A stretch of DNA of 64,000 bases from contig OZ365112.1 of NCBI GenBank assembly GCA_977030845.1, forward strand, positions 23,312,001 through 23,376,000, given 5' to 3'. The DNA is from Fimbriosthenelais zetlandica (lineage: Eukaryota). A model generated the notes under the pieces. It was not told the DNA's origin. It made no database searches and saw only the letters and a list, made by a program, of their open reading frames with translations. Positions 12,470-22,137 of this stretch are shown in pieces. Made by a program: the position numbers and the translations under genes. How positions within the stretch are numbered: the stretch's first letter is position 1; each line of letters starts with the position of its first letter.

Positions 12470-14135
12470 CTGTAAAGAAAATGGGAAAATTAATTTGTGT
12501 TGACAGAATTGATATGTACAATAATATTTTTATTCGCATTCACGGTTTGAAGATGCGTTACTGCTAATCAAAAAGTACATGTCTGAAAGGGTTAACTTAA
12601 TAAGGTAATATCAACATTTCATGGAACACTAACTCAATCCATTTATTTATTACTGATAGACAGGCTTATTTCAATATAGAACCTGACGCAAAATAAAGAA
12701 AGGGTGCAGACAGGACTCCTTCATCTAGATAACAGGATTTAAAGATGGTGTTACATCCAATATCTAGTACCGTTTGAAAGTCAGTAATTGTACTGTAACC
12801 TTTAGAATAATGGTTGCTACTATTTGAGGGCTTATTTCTAATAATTTTTAATTTGGAAAATAGATAAAACAACATGAGTATTTAACAAATGTGAAGGTGA
12901 AAGAGATACTTCAAGTGAGATGCAAGTGTTATATCGAAGAACATTGTACCAGATTAAAGATAGATGCACATTTTTAGTACTACTTGCACATAGTTAGAGT
13001 GTAATTATTGAGGACTAACTAACTTAAGTAGATTCAGAATTTTCCAACGAGAATCCCAGATATTTACAGAATTCTTATTTTTCTTTGAGTAATTATTTCT
13101 AGCCATTGACGAAAATCTGCCAACCATTCAATGAAAGAACACTCTCTATATATCATGGATCAGTCTTCTCTTCATTCTATAAAATTTGATATGGATAAAC
13201 AGAGCACTTGTAAATCTAGTATTTTCACAATTAGTCAGTGAAGGTACAACGTATAGGGATCCTAACATTACGGGATGAAACAATAGTTAAGGATGCTATA
13301 ATCATTGTTTTTTCGGCGCGAATCCTAACTGAGAAATCAGAAGGCTATTTACTATGGTCACTTTAACCTTGAGTGAAAGATTTCTGGTTCCCCCACCTTT
13401 AATATTATCTTACTCATAAACGGGGTGGTCAGTTCCGATTGGGCATCTAGAGAATTGGACCCGCCTTGTACCCCCTCATTGGCTTCTGACTACCTCGGTC
13501 CCCACCATTCTATGAACAGTCCTTGTGGTCTGACCAACGCTACTTGTTATACATTCAGCCAGATCGATTAAAGCTACATATTAAAACTACATATTTTATA
13601 CATTCTTGAAACATACTGTTATCAAAATTTACTGTATATAAATTTTTCAACACACAACCCCCCAGAACCTATCACATGCATTCAATGAACCCCTTTCCAC
13701 CCCAAGGAGCTGACATACAGTACATTAGGTCTCATATTTTGTGAAGATGGATCGCTTCCCTGATATTATACACCCAATATATGCAAACGTACGCTCAGTC
13801 ATATGACTATTTAGGAGCTCTCGTGTTTTCACACTCCCTGTATAGTTCACAATTTATCCTATACCAAATCAGCTGTCATATAGATCGATCTTCAATACTA
13901 TAGTATATAATATATATACCTCCCTTTCAAGTTCTAATAATGTAGTCAAACATAGCCTTAAAAATAACCAACTTATTTGGAACCTTACAGACACCCTTCC
14001 GCATAAAAGTGCCCTAATAACGCCAGTGAAAATGTATACTATAAGCTTTGCACCCAGGATTTTCACCGAAGACAAACCAAAGTTAAGGCTAAAATAATTC
14101 TGCTACAAGAGCACAAAATATTTGAATAGACCGAG

Positions 14136-14469
14136 TTTATCCATGCACATCAATCCATGAAATTGAATCGAAAAAAGAAATAAAACAACATCTTAAACAA
14201 AAACCAAAACTCTTGGAGAAACTTTCAATTCCAGGTTCTGAATGTTAGCTTAATCCAAATATTATCCACATCACTTAAGGCTAATTAAATGACTATATAA
14301 CCGTAAACATGAAAGCACTGTAAAAGCATTATAAACCCTGTGATCTTTGTGAATACCAACTCAAAGTTAAATATAACTATCCATCGCCCCCAACGGGTGC
14401 TCTCTTACCATAAACTCCTTATATTGACTAATGAATTTAAAGATTGCATATTGTGCCATTAGCTTGCTA
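14136..14469 (+). repeat. Intronic direct repeat, copy 1 (~335 bp; partner at 15703-16038)
   Basis: TTTATCCATGCACATCAATCCATGAAATTG...GTGCCATTAGCTTG is nearly identical in both copies. A short upstream block is also shared (14037-14062 vs 15667-15692). Confidence 0.95.
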
Positions 14470-14533
14470 ATGTCGCACCTCATTCCAAATCCATTTGGTT
14501 GTTGAGGCTCCCACCTCCATGGTCTCTACTCCG

Positions 14534-15056
14534 CCACCCCGAGGAGGCAGCCTCGGGGTGGGAGGGAGGAAGCAATCTGGCAGTTCTGCCTTTTTCATAA
14601 TACTTCCAAACCATTTTTAATATCTAAAAACACTATAAATGACCTCAAACATAGAATATATCAATATAACACATAGCAAACAATACCAATTTCAAATACC
14701 AAACAATATCCAGACCAATATACCTCTGTCACAGAGCATGTAGAAAGTTGAGGGCAATCCCCTCGTCATTTCCAACAGTGAATAAATATCTGTTTTAGCC
14801 CATAATCATTCATTTTAATATACTTTGAGATTTCTTTTGATAGCCTCGTAATGAAAAACTTACATGTGAGGACAGAAGTATATACTATAAACATTCTACC
14901 ACACACACTCATTACTGTAATAATATTAATCTACCCTCTGCTTATACTGTACTCCACCGACTTCCAGACGTCTATTTCTCAGTATATCCAACCTCTAAAA
15001 CCCGTCTAACATTACATGTCTAATTCCCAACATGTCAGATACCTATCTCTACCACT
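14534..15056 (+). repeat. Dispersed repeat segment in intron 1, homologous in inverted orientation to 45008-45862
   Basis: Shared blocks include ATATCTAAAAACACTATAAATGAC, ACATGTGAGGACAGAAGTATAT and CCTCTAAAACCCGTCTAACATTACATGTCTAAT. Confidence 0.92.
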
Positions 15057-15702
15057 TTTATATATAATTTATATTTATATACTCTTCACTACAATATATA
15101 TATGAACAAATACTATCTGATTAAGCAAAGTTGAAAATGTATGTAATGTATGATAAAATACTGTTCCATGCCCGTAACACCATCACTTTATTATAAATCC
15201 TTTACCAATATAGACTGAGCCCCCCCCCCCCCCAAACCCTACCCCCTTCCAATCCTTCTCCTTAAAGTCTGAGGTATACGAACATATCTGTTAAAGTGAG
15301 AACCACTGATCCAATAAATGAAAATACTATTTACCTTATTAATGCACACAATACAGTGTACCATTACACGAAAGTGATTGGATACCTGTATCAGGATAAA
15401 TCCATCTTAATCACTCCACACATTTAAAATTGGACAGTAAAAACACTTTAACAAATAGGTCATTTTGATAAAACAGAATTATTTTATGTTAACTATGGTA
15501 ACTTGTTTTCAATTAATTTTCATTTATTTACACTAGTTTTGAACTTGACTATTATACATGTAAACCTGGATGCCCATGGAAACCAGGCTTTATGCCTAAT
15601 GAATTCAGGAGGGGGGGGATGACTAAAATGTATCCTAACTACAGCCCCGATGGTAAGGTGCCCTAATACTATAAGCTTTGCGCCCAGGATTTTTTGTGCA
15701 TT

Positions 15703-16038
15703 TTTATCCATGCACATCAATCCATGAAATTGAATCGAAAAAAGAAATAAAACAACATATTAAACAAAGACCAAAACTCTTGGAGAAACTTTCAATTCCA
15801 GGTTCTGAATGTTAGCTTAATCCAAATATTATCCACATCACTTAAGGCTAATCAAATGACTATATAACCGTAAACATGAAAGCACTGTAAAAGCATTATA
15901 AACCCTGTGATCTTTGTGAATACCAACTCAAAGTTAAATATAACTATCCATCGCCCCCAACGGGTGCTCTCTTACCATAAACTCCTTATATTGACTATTG
16001 AATTTAAAGATTGCATATATATGGTGCCATTAGCTTGT
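15703..16038 (+). repeat. Intronic direct repeat, copy 2
   Basis: Near-identical to 14136-14469. Confidence 0.95.
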
Positions 16039-16574
16039 TAACACATGGCTGACACATGGGCGCAGCTTTGACATTCTATGATCATTAGTTACAACCAAAC
16101 CCAATTTTTCAAGTGGAAATATACTGACTGCATTATAATTTACCTATTCAGGTTATTGTTTTTCATATGCTATAGATATTTATCTACCTTTATGGATCGA
16201 ATGTTATACAGATATTCTAGCTCAATACAAATCAGCTTTTTGATTCAGGGGATTGTGCATCGTAAGAGAAGTGGAAATTCTCGCGCATTATCCCTTTTGG
16301 GAGGGCTGTAACATTGTCTATGATAAGGATATTTCAATTCAGCCTTTTGTATTGGACTCCGTGATTTTTCTACTTCTCATTTTTGCATTTAAAATAAATA
16401 GGAGTTTTCCCTATATTCAAAGTTCGCCTAAAACCCCTAACACAGGAGGTTTCAAAACGGAAACACATCTTTACAGGACCAACATTTACAAACTATCAGG
16501 TTCCCAGCAGAAAGTAAGATATGAGCAGAAAGTAGAATGACGGATTAATTCTAATGATAAGTAAAATAACTTAC

Positions 16575-17227
16575 ATTGCTTCTGAACTTCTGAGAGTAGT
16601 TTCTCTGTTGGAATTGTCAGGCTCAGGCTCTATGGTCGACTCCATATCTGCTATTGTATCCTCAATAAAGGTCAGCCGTCGGGCACCCTGGAGGCCAGCT
16701 CCCCGGCGACTCCTTGACTTTGTTCCGTTCTTTGTTCCACGCCCATAACGATTTGGGGTGGAGGTTTTTGGTGGTGTGGAGGTTTGGTTTACAGATCCAT
16801 CATCCTGGGACATATCCATTGATGCATAAGAATGTGAACTGTCCATGGATTGTTTCAGAAAACACGTACCACATTTCCAGAACCATGTTTCCCGCATGCG
16901 TTCGATCTCTGAATAATCAGTGTCCTTAAAGTCTGAACCGCACCTGAGATGGGTGAAGATGTGACACGAAGAGCATTCGATCCATTTGTGTGTATCCAAA
17001 TTCAAACCTTTCTTACAAACGGAACAAACCTGTTGGTCACTTCCGATATCACAGTTATCACATATCCATGTATTGAGTTCTCCAGCAACTAGAAGCGCAG
17101 AGAACTTTCTACGGGAAAAAGATGTCCCACACGTTCTGTGGTAGAACCTTGGACAGGTTGAGCATTGAAGATTCAGCTGTGACTTGCATGATATGTTTTT
17201 GTCGCATCCGTAACACCTGACCTTCAT
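16575..17227 (-). CDS. Exon 1 of the transposase gene: two tandem PHD (C4HC3) zinc fingers plus a basic/serine-rich segment
   Basis: ATG at 17227. Finger 1: CYGC...CSTC...HRTC...WICDNC. Finger 2: CSVC...CSSC...HLRC...WKCGTC. The exon ends GCA AT|GTAAGT, a consensus phase-2 donor that matches the phase of the 12469 acceptor. Confidence 0.88.
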
Positions 17228-17239
17228 CTTGGTTCGTAC

Positions 17240-17470
17240 AGTAGTGACGGTGGCTTAACCGCAGATAATACTTTTTATAGCTGGAATGGTGTCACTGTCG
17301 CACCTCATTCCGAATCCAAATGGTTGTTGAGGCTCCCACCTCCATGGTCTCTACTCATCTCCCCCACCCCTCCTGCCACACCCTCGCACCCATGCAACCC
17401 ATATCCAAACTCCGCCCACCCCCAGCCCGGTTTCTCCCGCTTCCGCTCTTCCCTCTTCCCGGTATAGAGA
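17240..17470 (-). promoter_or_regulatory. Putative promoter of the PHD-transposase gene
   Basis: On the minus strand: TATAAAAAG at 17279-17271, an Inr-like TCACT about 30 nt downstream, ATG 45 nt after the TATA, and an upstream GC-rich segment with GGGCGG and CGGAAG motifs. Confidence 0.55.
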
Positions 17471-19885
17471 GTAGGCCTATGTGGGGATTATTGGGAAAAC
17501 AGGGAGATATATTACACAAATCTGGAGAACAGGAAAGAGAACATATTGCACTACGTTTTTCAAAATGTTGGAGTTTGGAATGTTATAATTATCTTTTTGA
17601 GGGTGCAGTATTTTATTAAAATTTATGGAAGGGTAATCGGGGGCAATGCCTCGTGGGGGTCTTTACCCATGCTAGGTAAATATGAATGACCATATTAATT
17701 AATTATGACCAAGTAAAATCCCGTGATCAATATTTTAGAGCTTTGCATTTTAATTAAAATGTCTTCGTTATATTTCGTTATATTTAAAAACGCCCACATA
17801 TAATGCATAATTATAATGCCTTATATTGCATGCGATTGGGGAAATCTGAAGGGGAGGGGCCAGACAGCGAGGGTCACTGACTAACTCACTCATTATACGT
17901 CTGATGTAGTTGTAGGCCTAAACAACTCAAGGGCTCGAACTGTATTACCATAAGCAACGCATCTATATCACCAGTAACGAATGACAATTAGTATATTGTC
18001 GTCACCTTTCATAAAATGTCGTAAGTTTATAAGGGTGTGTGTCTTTGAGTGACCACTTCTAACTCAGCTATAAACATGGTATCAATTAGCACTTTCGCTT
18101 GATGCCCAACCACTTACCTAACACTTCCCTTTCATACGCCCTTATGGCATACCGAATCAAATATCAAGGCAAGATTAATATCGATGTCAATGAGTTTTAT
18201 CATCAATTCACAAGGCATAGGCTTTGACAATGTTGAGAAAAGTTATCAGTTATGCTAAAAGTACATGCAGTATTAGTAGACTAGAATTTTTCTTTTGTAT
18301 TCCTTTACATTTTTTTCTGATGAAAAAACATTGTATGTAACAGTATTCCCTCATGTTGTTATTGTTTTATTTTCATCATAATTACTGTTTTATTATAATG
18401 ATATTAAATATATAAAGAAAATATGGTATATTTAAAGACAGGGATTCATAATCATTTACTTTATAATGGCCTCTGCATGTATATGCCTGCATGCATGTAA
18501 TTGGTATCTTGAATGTGAATTCCCCCCCTCGCCCCCTCTCAGCTTCGATGGGGTGGGTGGGGCGGGGGCGATGGTCACAGCAACGAGCTAGGCATACTCC
18601 TTGGGTTACAGTAAAGCGTGCAGGAGGCGCACGCGGAGTGCCAGGCTGGGTCCTGGCCGGGTGGGGGCGCTGGGCGGTAGGGGTACCAGGAGGAGGAAGG
18701 TAAATAGGATACATGAGAAGGGCAATGATAGGGACAGAAGCGGACAATTAATTAACACCAGTCCCACACATTACTTCTTAGGTCATCACACGTGGCCATC
18801 GATAGGAGCCATTTAGTATTATCTTGACCCCTCATATAATGTTATTTGATGTGCTCCTGGCATAGCCAAGGGTGGTCATTTTCACACCCGCCAGTGAACA
18901 TGGGATCAATAAGCCTAAACCTTATCTCTTCGCTTTTATAAGTACAGTAGACTTGACACAAGTTCTATGAATATCGTATGAGATTTTTATAATACCAACA
19001 TTAATGTTAGGTACTATGGTAGAAATTTTAAAATCGTTATTTTATCAAAGATTGGATTTTCGGCCAAATTACACAAAGCGATTTCAACTGAGTGAATAAC
19101 TTTATCCATTCAAAAGTTATCGGAGATTGACCGGCCAAAAAATTGCCATTTTTTCTCGCTTCTTTACTATAGGCCAGCGGAGGATATTTATTGGGATTGT
19201 CACATCACCTGCATTGATCGAATTTGCCATGTGACCGGAAACAAGAAATCAATTCTCCTGCGCCTTAAAGGATTGCTGCTAAATTATAATTTTAATAACG
19301 GCTCTTTCATCTACACATCTTAAGTAACATATAGGTTTTAATAACTAAAATTAATGTTTCGGTTTGGGGTTTTCTCACATAGCGCAGCGGCCGGTCACTT
19401 TCTGGGTAATGCCATACCTTATTAGCCTAAAAAGACTGCATGTTCTAATACAAATAGAAATTACTTATTGTTGGGCAAAAATGTCTGAAAAAGCCGCCTT
19501 GATCATCATCAGTCTGTAATTCTGCCTCTTGAGAAATGAGAAGGTTCAACGGAACATCGGGCCTATTTAGTAGATTGGAATTGCCAGGCTGATCACTTGC
19601 CAAATATAACAGCGAAAAATGGGACGAGTTTGATGATACTTAGAAGGTTAGAAGAGAATAATATAATATTTTGATATAAAATCAAGATATGATATTTGTT
19701 TGAGAAATAATTATTTTTACTCCTACTTCCCATATTGGTTCTTATATTGTTTTTTTTTTAATTTTCTTCTGAGGCGACACCATGTATTGGCAGACTTGCC
19801 TTTTTTGCTATTAACTTTGGCACATGAATGGAATGAAATTCTAACCCACGAAATATGTTAGGCTACATTGGGCATCATGACAATT

Positions 19886-19995
19886 CAGGGTTTCCAAACT
19901 CATGGAGAATCCCTGAAATCCTTAGAAAAAGAGTTGCCCTGGAATGTCCTGGAAAAGTCCTTAAATTTTGTCATTATTGCAAAAATTCTGGAAAT
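19886..19995 (+). mobile_element. Fragment resembling the end of a small non-autonomous DNA transposon (MITE)
   Basis: CAGGGTTTCC start followed by repeated (G/T)CCTGGAA/CCTTGAA-type subterminal motifs. No partner end was found. Confidence 0.35.
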
Positions 19996-20272
19996 TAGGA
20001 CTAAACAGTCATTTTTCTTACAACACACTGCATTAATATCCAGAGGGCCGAGTGTTTTCTATAAGAAATTACGTCCGGACATTATTTTGTTACTTGAAAG
20101 AAGGACAGTTTATAGTCCCTATATGGATATTGCTATGCTACAAATTAGGACTAAATTTATATTAGTTGTCAAAGATTAAAACAAAAATCAATTCTAAAAA
20201 AAAAATGTCCCTTGGCAACGGAATAATTTTAAGGGAATAAGAGCAAAATTTGTCATTTTAGGTACTTATATT

Positions 20273-20341
20273 TAACCTAACCCTAAACCTCAACCTAACC
20301 TAATCCCTAAAATATAGACCTAACCCTAACCTAATCCCTAA
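20273..20341. repeat. Degenerate (A)ACCTA/CCCTAA low-complexity repeat
   Basis: TAACCTAACCCTAAACCTCAACCTAACCTAATCCCT...CCTAACCCTAACCTAATCCCTA, followed by a YY1-like GCCGCCATCTTG. Confidence 0.6.
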
Positions 20342-20517
20342 AGACATCAACCTGCGAGACTTGGCCGCCATCTTGGATCAGGCCCCTAAAGTGCAGTTAA
20401 GCCTAAATTCATATTTTTAATATTTTTTTTTATCCCGCCCGCCCCCGAATAATTTAGAACCATTTTGTCCGTGAACCAAACAATAAAAATGTCTGGCCTA
20501 ATTAGATAAATGTAACA

Positions 20518-20590
20518 GCGCACGGCGAGAAGCGAACCACCGACCTTTGCATTTCAGACACGACACTCTAACCGTCTGAGCCACCACGAC
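20518..20590 (-). mobile_element. tRNA-derived SINE head or degenerate tRNA-like sequence
   Basis: The minus strand reads GTCGTGG-TGGCTCAGACGGTTAGAGT...AGGTCGGTGGTTCGCTTCTCGCC, with A-box and B-box spacing. The acceptor stem does not pair, so it is not a functional tRNA. Confidence 0.65.
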
Positions 20591-20772
20591 TGGTTGGGAG
20601 GGACAGTCACTTTAGCCTCACTTATAGGGTGGAGCCCCGACCGGTCGTGCCTCCAAGGCGTGTTTTAATCAATGGAGCCACGACCGTCGTGCCAATATTC
20701 AATGGAGGCACGACCCGCTTGAGTCGTGCCTCCAAGGCCTGCAATAATCAGTGGAGCCACGACGGTCGTGCC

Positions 20773-21264
20773 AATACATACTTCGAAAAAGATATGGTAT
20801 ATATAGGCAGAGTAAATTGGAATAAATTACCTGCTAGTATACGATCAATAGATGATTACGACCTTTTTAAATCCCGGTTAAAAGTACATTTTACCAATGA
20901 TTGAGCCTTTGGTTTGGACTTATCACTACTGTAGATTTAAATTATATTTGTAAATTTTTTGTCTGACCTTTTTAAAATGTGTTGCAGCAGTGTTAATAAC
21001 AATAATGCAGAGATTAGTGGTTTTTATGGTCGCAAAGATTTGTGTTCATTTTATTTTGTGTTTAATGTCATGTTAGTAATTTGTATAATCATATATAATT
21101 GTAATTTCCTTTTTGTATCAATCAATCAATGTATTGTATTACTAATTTGTTAATTCTATAACTATACTAACTATATTGTAAATATTGTAAAGTCGGACTG
21201 CCTGAAAATACGCCGAAAGGTGGAATTGTTATAAATAAAATTGTCCTCAAAACTAAAAAAAAAA
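20773..21264 (+). mobile_element. 5'-truncated non-LTR retrotransposon 3' end (CR1/L2-like ORF2 C-terminus, AT-rich 3' UTR, poly-A)
   Basis: ...YIGRVNWNKLPASIRSIDDYDLFKSRLKVHF* matches the WNxLP...FKxxLK tail of CR1/L2-clade ORF2. AATAAA at ~21234 and an A-run at 21255-21264. Confidence 0.75.
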
Positions 21265-21271
21265 GTCGACT

Positions 21272-21360
21272 TCGGTGGCCGTGTGTTCGAATCCCACTTC
21301 TGATGTGACATTTTTACATCAATTAGTCGGTGGGTGTGGGTTCAAATCCCACTTCTGACT
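21272..21360 (+). repeat. Two tandem Pol III B-box-like modules (SINE remnant)
   Basis: GGTGGCCGTGTGTTCGAATCCCACTTCTGA and GGTGGGTGTGGGTTCAAATCCCACTTCTGA. Confidence 0.55.
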
Positions 21361-21786
21361 TGACTATTTTCACCCATTGGAGGGATTGCATTGACAGCTT
21401 TTTATTAGCCCCTAATTATTTTGCCTTTTTTTCAATATGTGTATCAGTATGTGGTATATTGGTAGGAGTGAATGTATAAGAATATGTCTTCTCCCGTCAT
21501 GAGAAATGAAAAAGTTTACTAAAATTTTCTACAGAATTTTTACTCTAATAGTAAAGCCTTTTGGATTCTATCTGCTATGCACGATGTTTTAGTCTCATAA
21601 AAATTCAGACCACCTGAAAACATACTGTCGGTAAAACCCCCAAAAGTATAATTATCTGTATGCTTAACCATAATATATCGGGCCTATGTAGGTCTACGCG
21701 CTGCGCGCTGCGGAATGAAGGGAGTAGGACTGGTAGTGTGACCGCATGTCATTGAGTGTGCTCCGGTAAACGAGGGACGTTATTCT

Positions 21787-21945
21787 CCCCTGGGGGTATG
21801 AGTTGGTTAGGGGGATGAGCTAGCCGGGGTGTGGGATGGTCGTGGGGGCGAGTTTACCAGGGGTGTGAGTTGGAGGGGGGATGACCTAGTGAAGGGAGGA
21901 GATGGGTGGGGGATGAGATGACGGGGTATGAGTTGTCGTGATACC
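21787..21945 (-). repeat. Right modular terminal inverted repeat
   Basis: The reverse complement begins GGTATCACGACAACTCATACCCC and has about 8 CA(A/T)CTCAYCCC-like motifs, mirroring the left end. Confidence 0.85.
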
Positions 21946-22066
21946 CATGTGTCGGGGTCGACATGAGCAGTTCAAAAAGGGCCTATTGTACTCTGAGAAG
22001 ATATGAGCAGGTCGTTAATTTGTGATCTGAAACAGTGGTTGTTTTTTTGGAGTTTTGGTTTTGAAG
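21946..22066 (+). repeat. Right TSD plus the remainder of the interrupted 335-bp satellite unit, degenerating towards its 3' end
   Basis: CATGTGTCGGGGTCGACATGAGCAGTTCAAAAAGGGCCTATTGTACTCTGAG... continues the unit broken at 5737. Confidence 0.95.
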
Positions 22067-22071
22067 TTCTA

Positions 22072-22137
22072 GGTAATGAACTGCTCACTTCTGCTCAGAA
22101 CTGAGTACAGCTGTTATGAACTGCTCATGATCTCCCC
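22072..22137 (-). repeat. Inverted copy of the satellite core motifs closing the array
   Basis: The reverse complement GGGGAGATCATGAGCAGTTCATAACAGCTGTACTC...TCTGAGCAGAAGTGAGCAGTTCATTACC parallels the satellite's GGGGTCGTCATGAGCAGTTCA...TGTACTCTGAGCAGA. Confidence 0.8.

Larger units (their letters stand above)
5738..21945 (-). mobile_element. Large (~16.2 kb) Mutator-superfamily (MULE, FLYWCH/Phantom-like) DNA transposon inserted into the last satellite unit
   Basis: The satellite unit breaks at ...GTGGCATGTGTC|GATTGCATGACAACTCA and resumes at ...GAGTTGTCGTGATACC|CATGTGTCGGGGTCGACATGAG. CATGTGTC(G) is duplicated on both sides, the ends are inverted and aligned on GACAACTCA, and a MULE transposase lies inside. 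Confidence 0.92.

Noticed and set aside
10317-12539. 740-aa His/Pro-rich ORF with a hydrophobic N-terminus, as a secreted metal-binding protein
   Set aside because: The repeat is stop-free in nearly all frames. This ORF starts in the intron's AT/pyrimidine tract and stops as soon as the repeat ends, whereas the alternative frame links PHD to FLYWCH through matching splice phases. Dual coding is not excluded but is unsupported.
14136-16038. LTR retrotransposon (paired direct repeats)
   Set aside because: No TG...CA termini, primer-binding site, polypurine tract or gag/pol remnants are visible.
20273-20341. Telomere or interstitial telomeric array
   Set aside because: Only scattered, degenerate CCCTAA-like units over about 70 bp.
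20518-20590. Functional tRNA gene
   Set aside because: The acceptor and anticodon stems do not pair and the B-box is degenerate.
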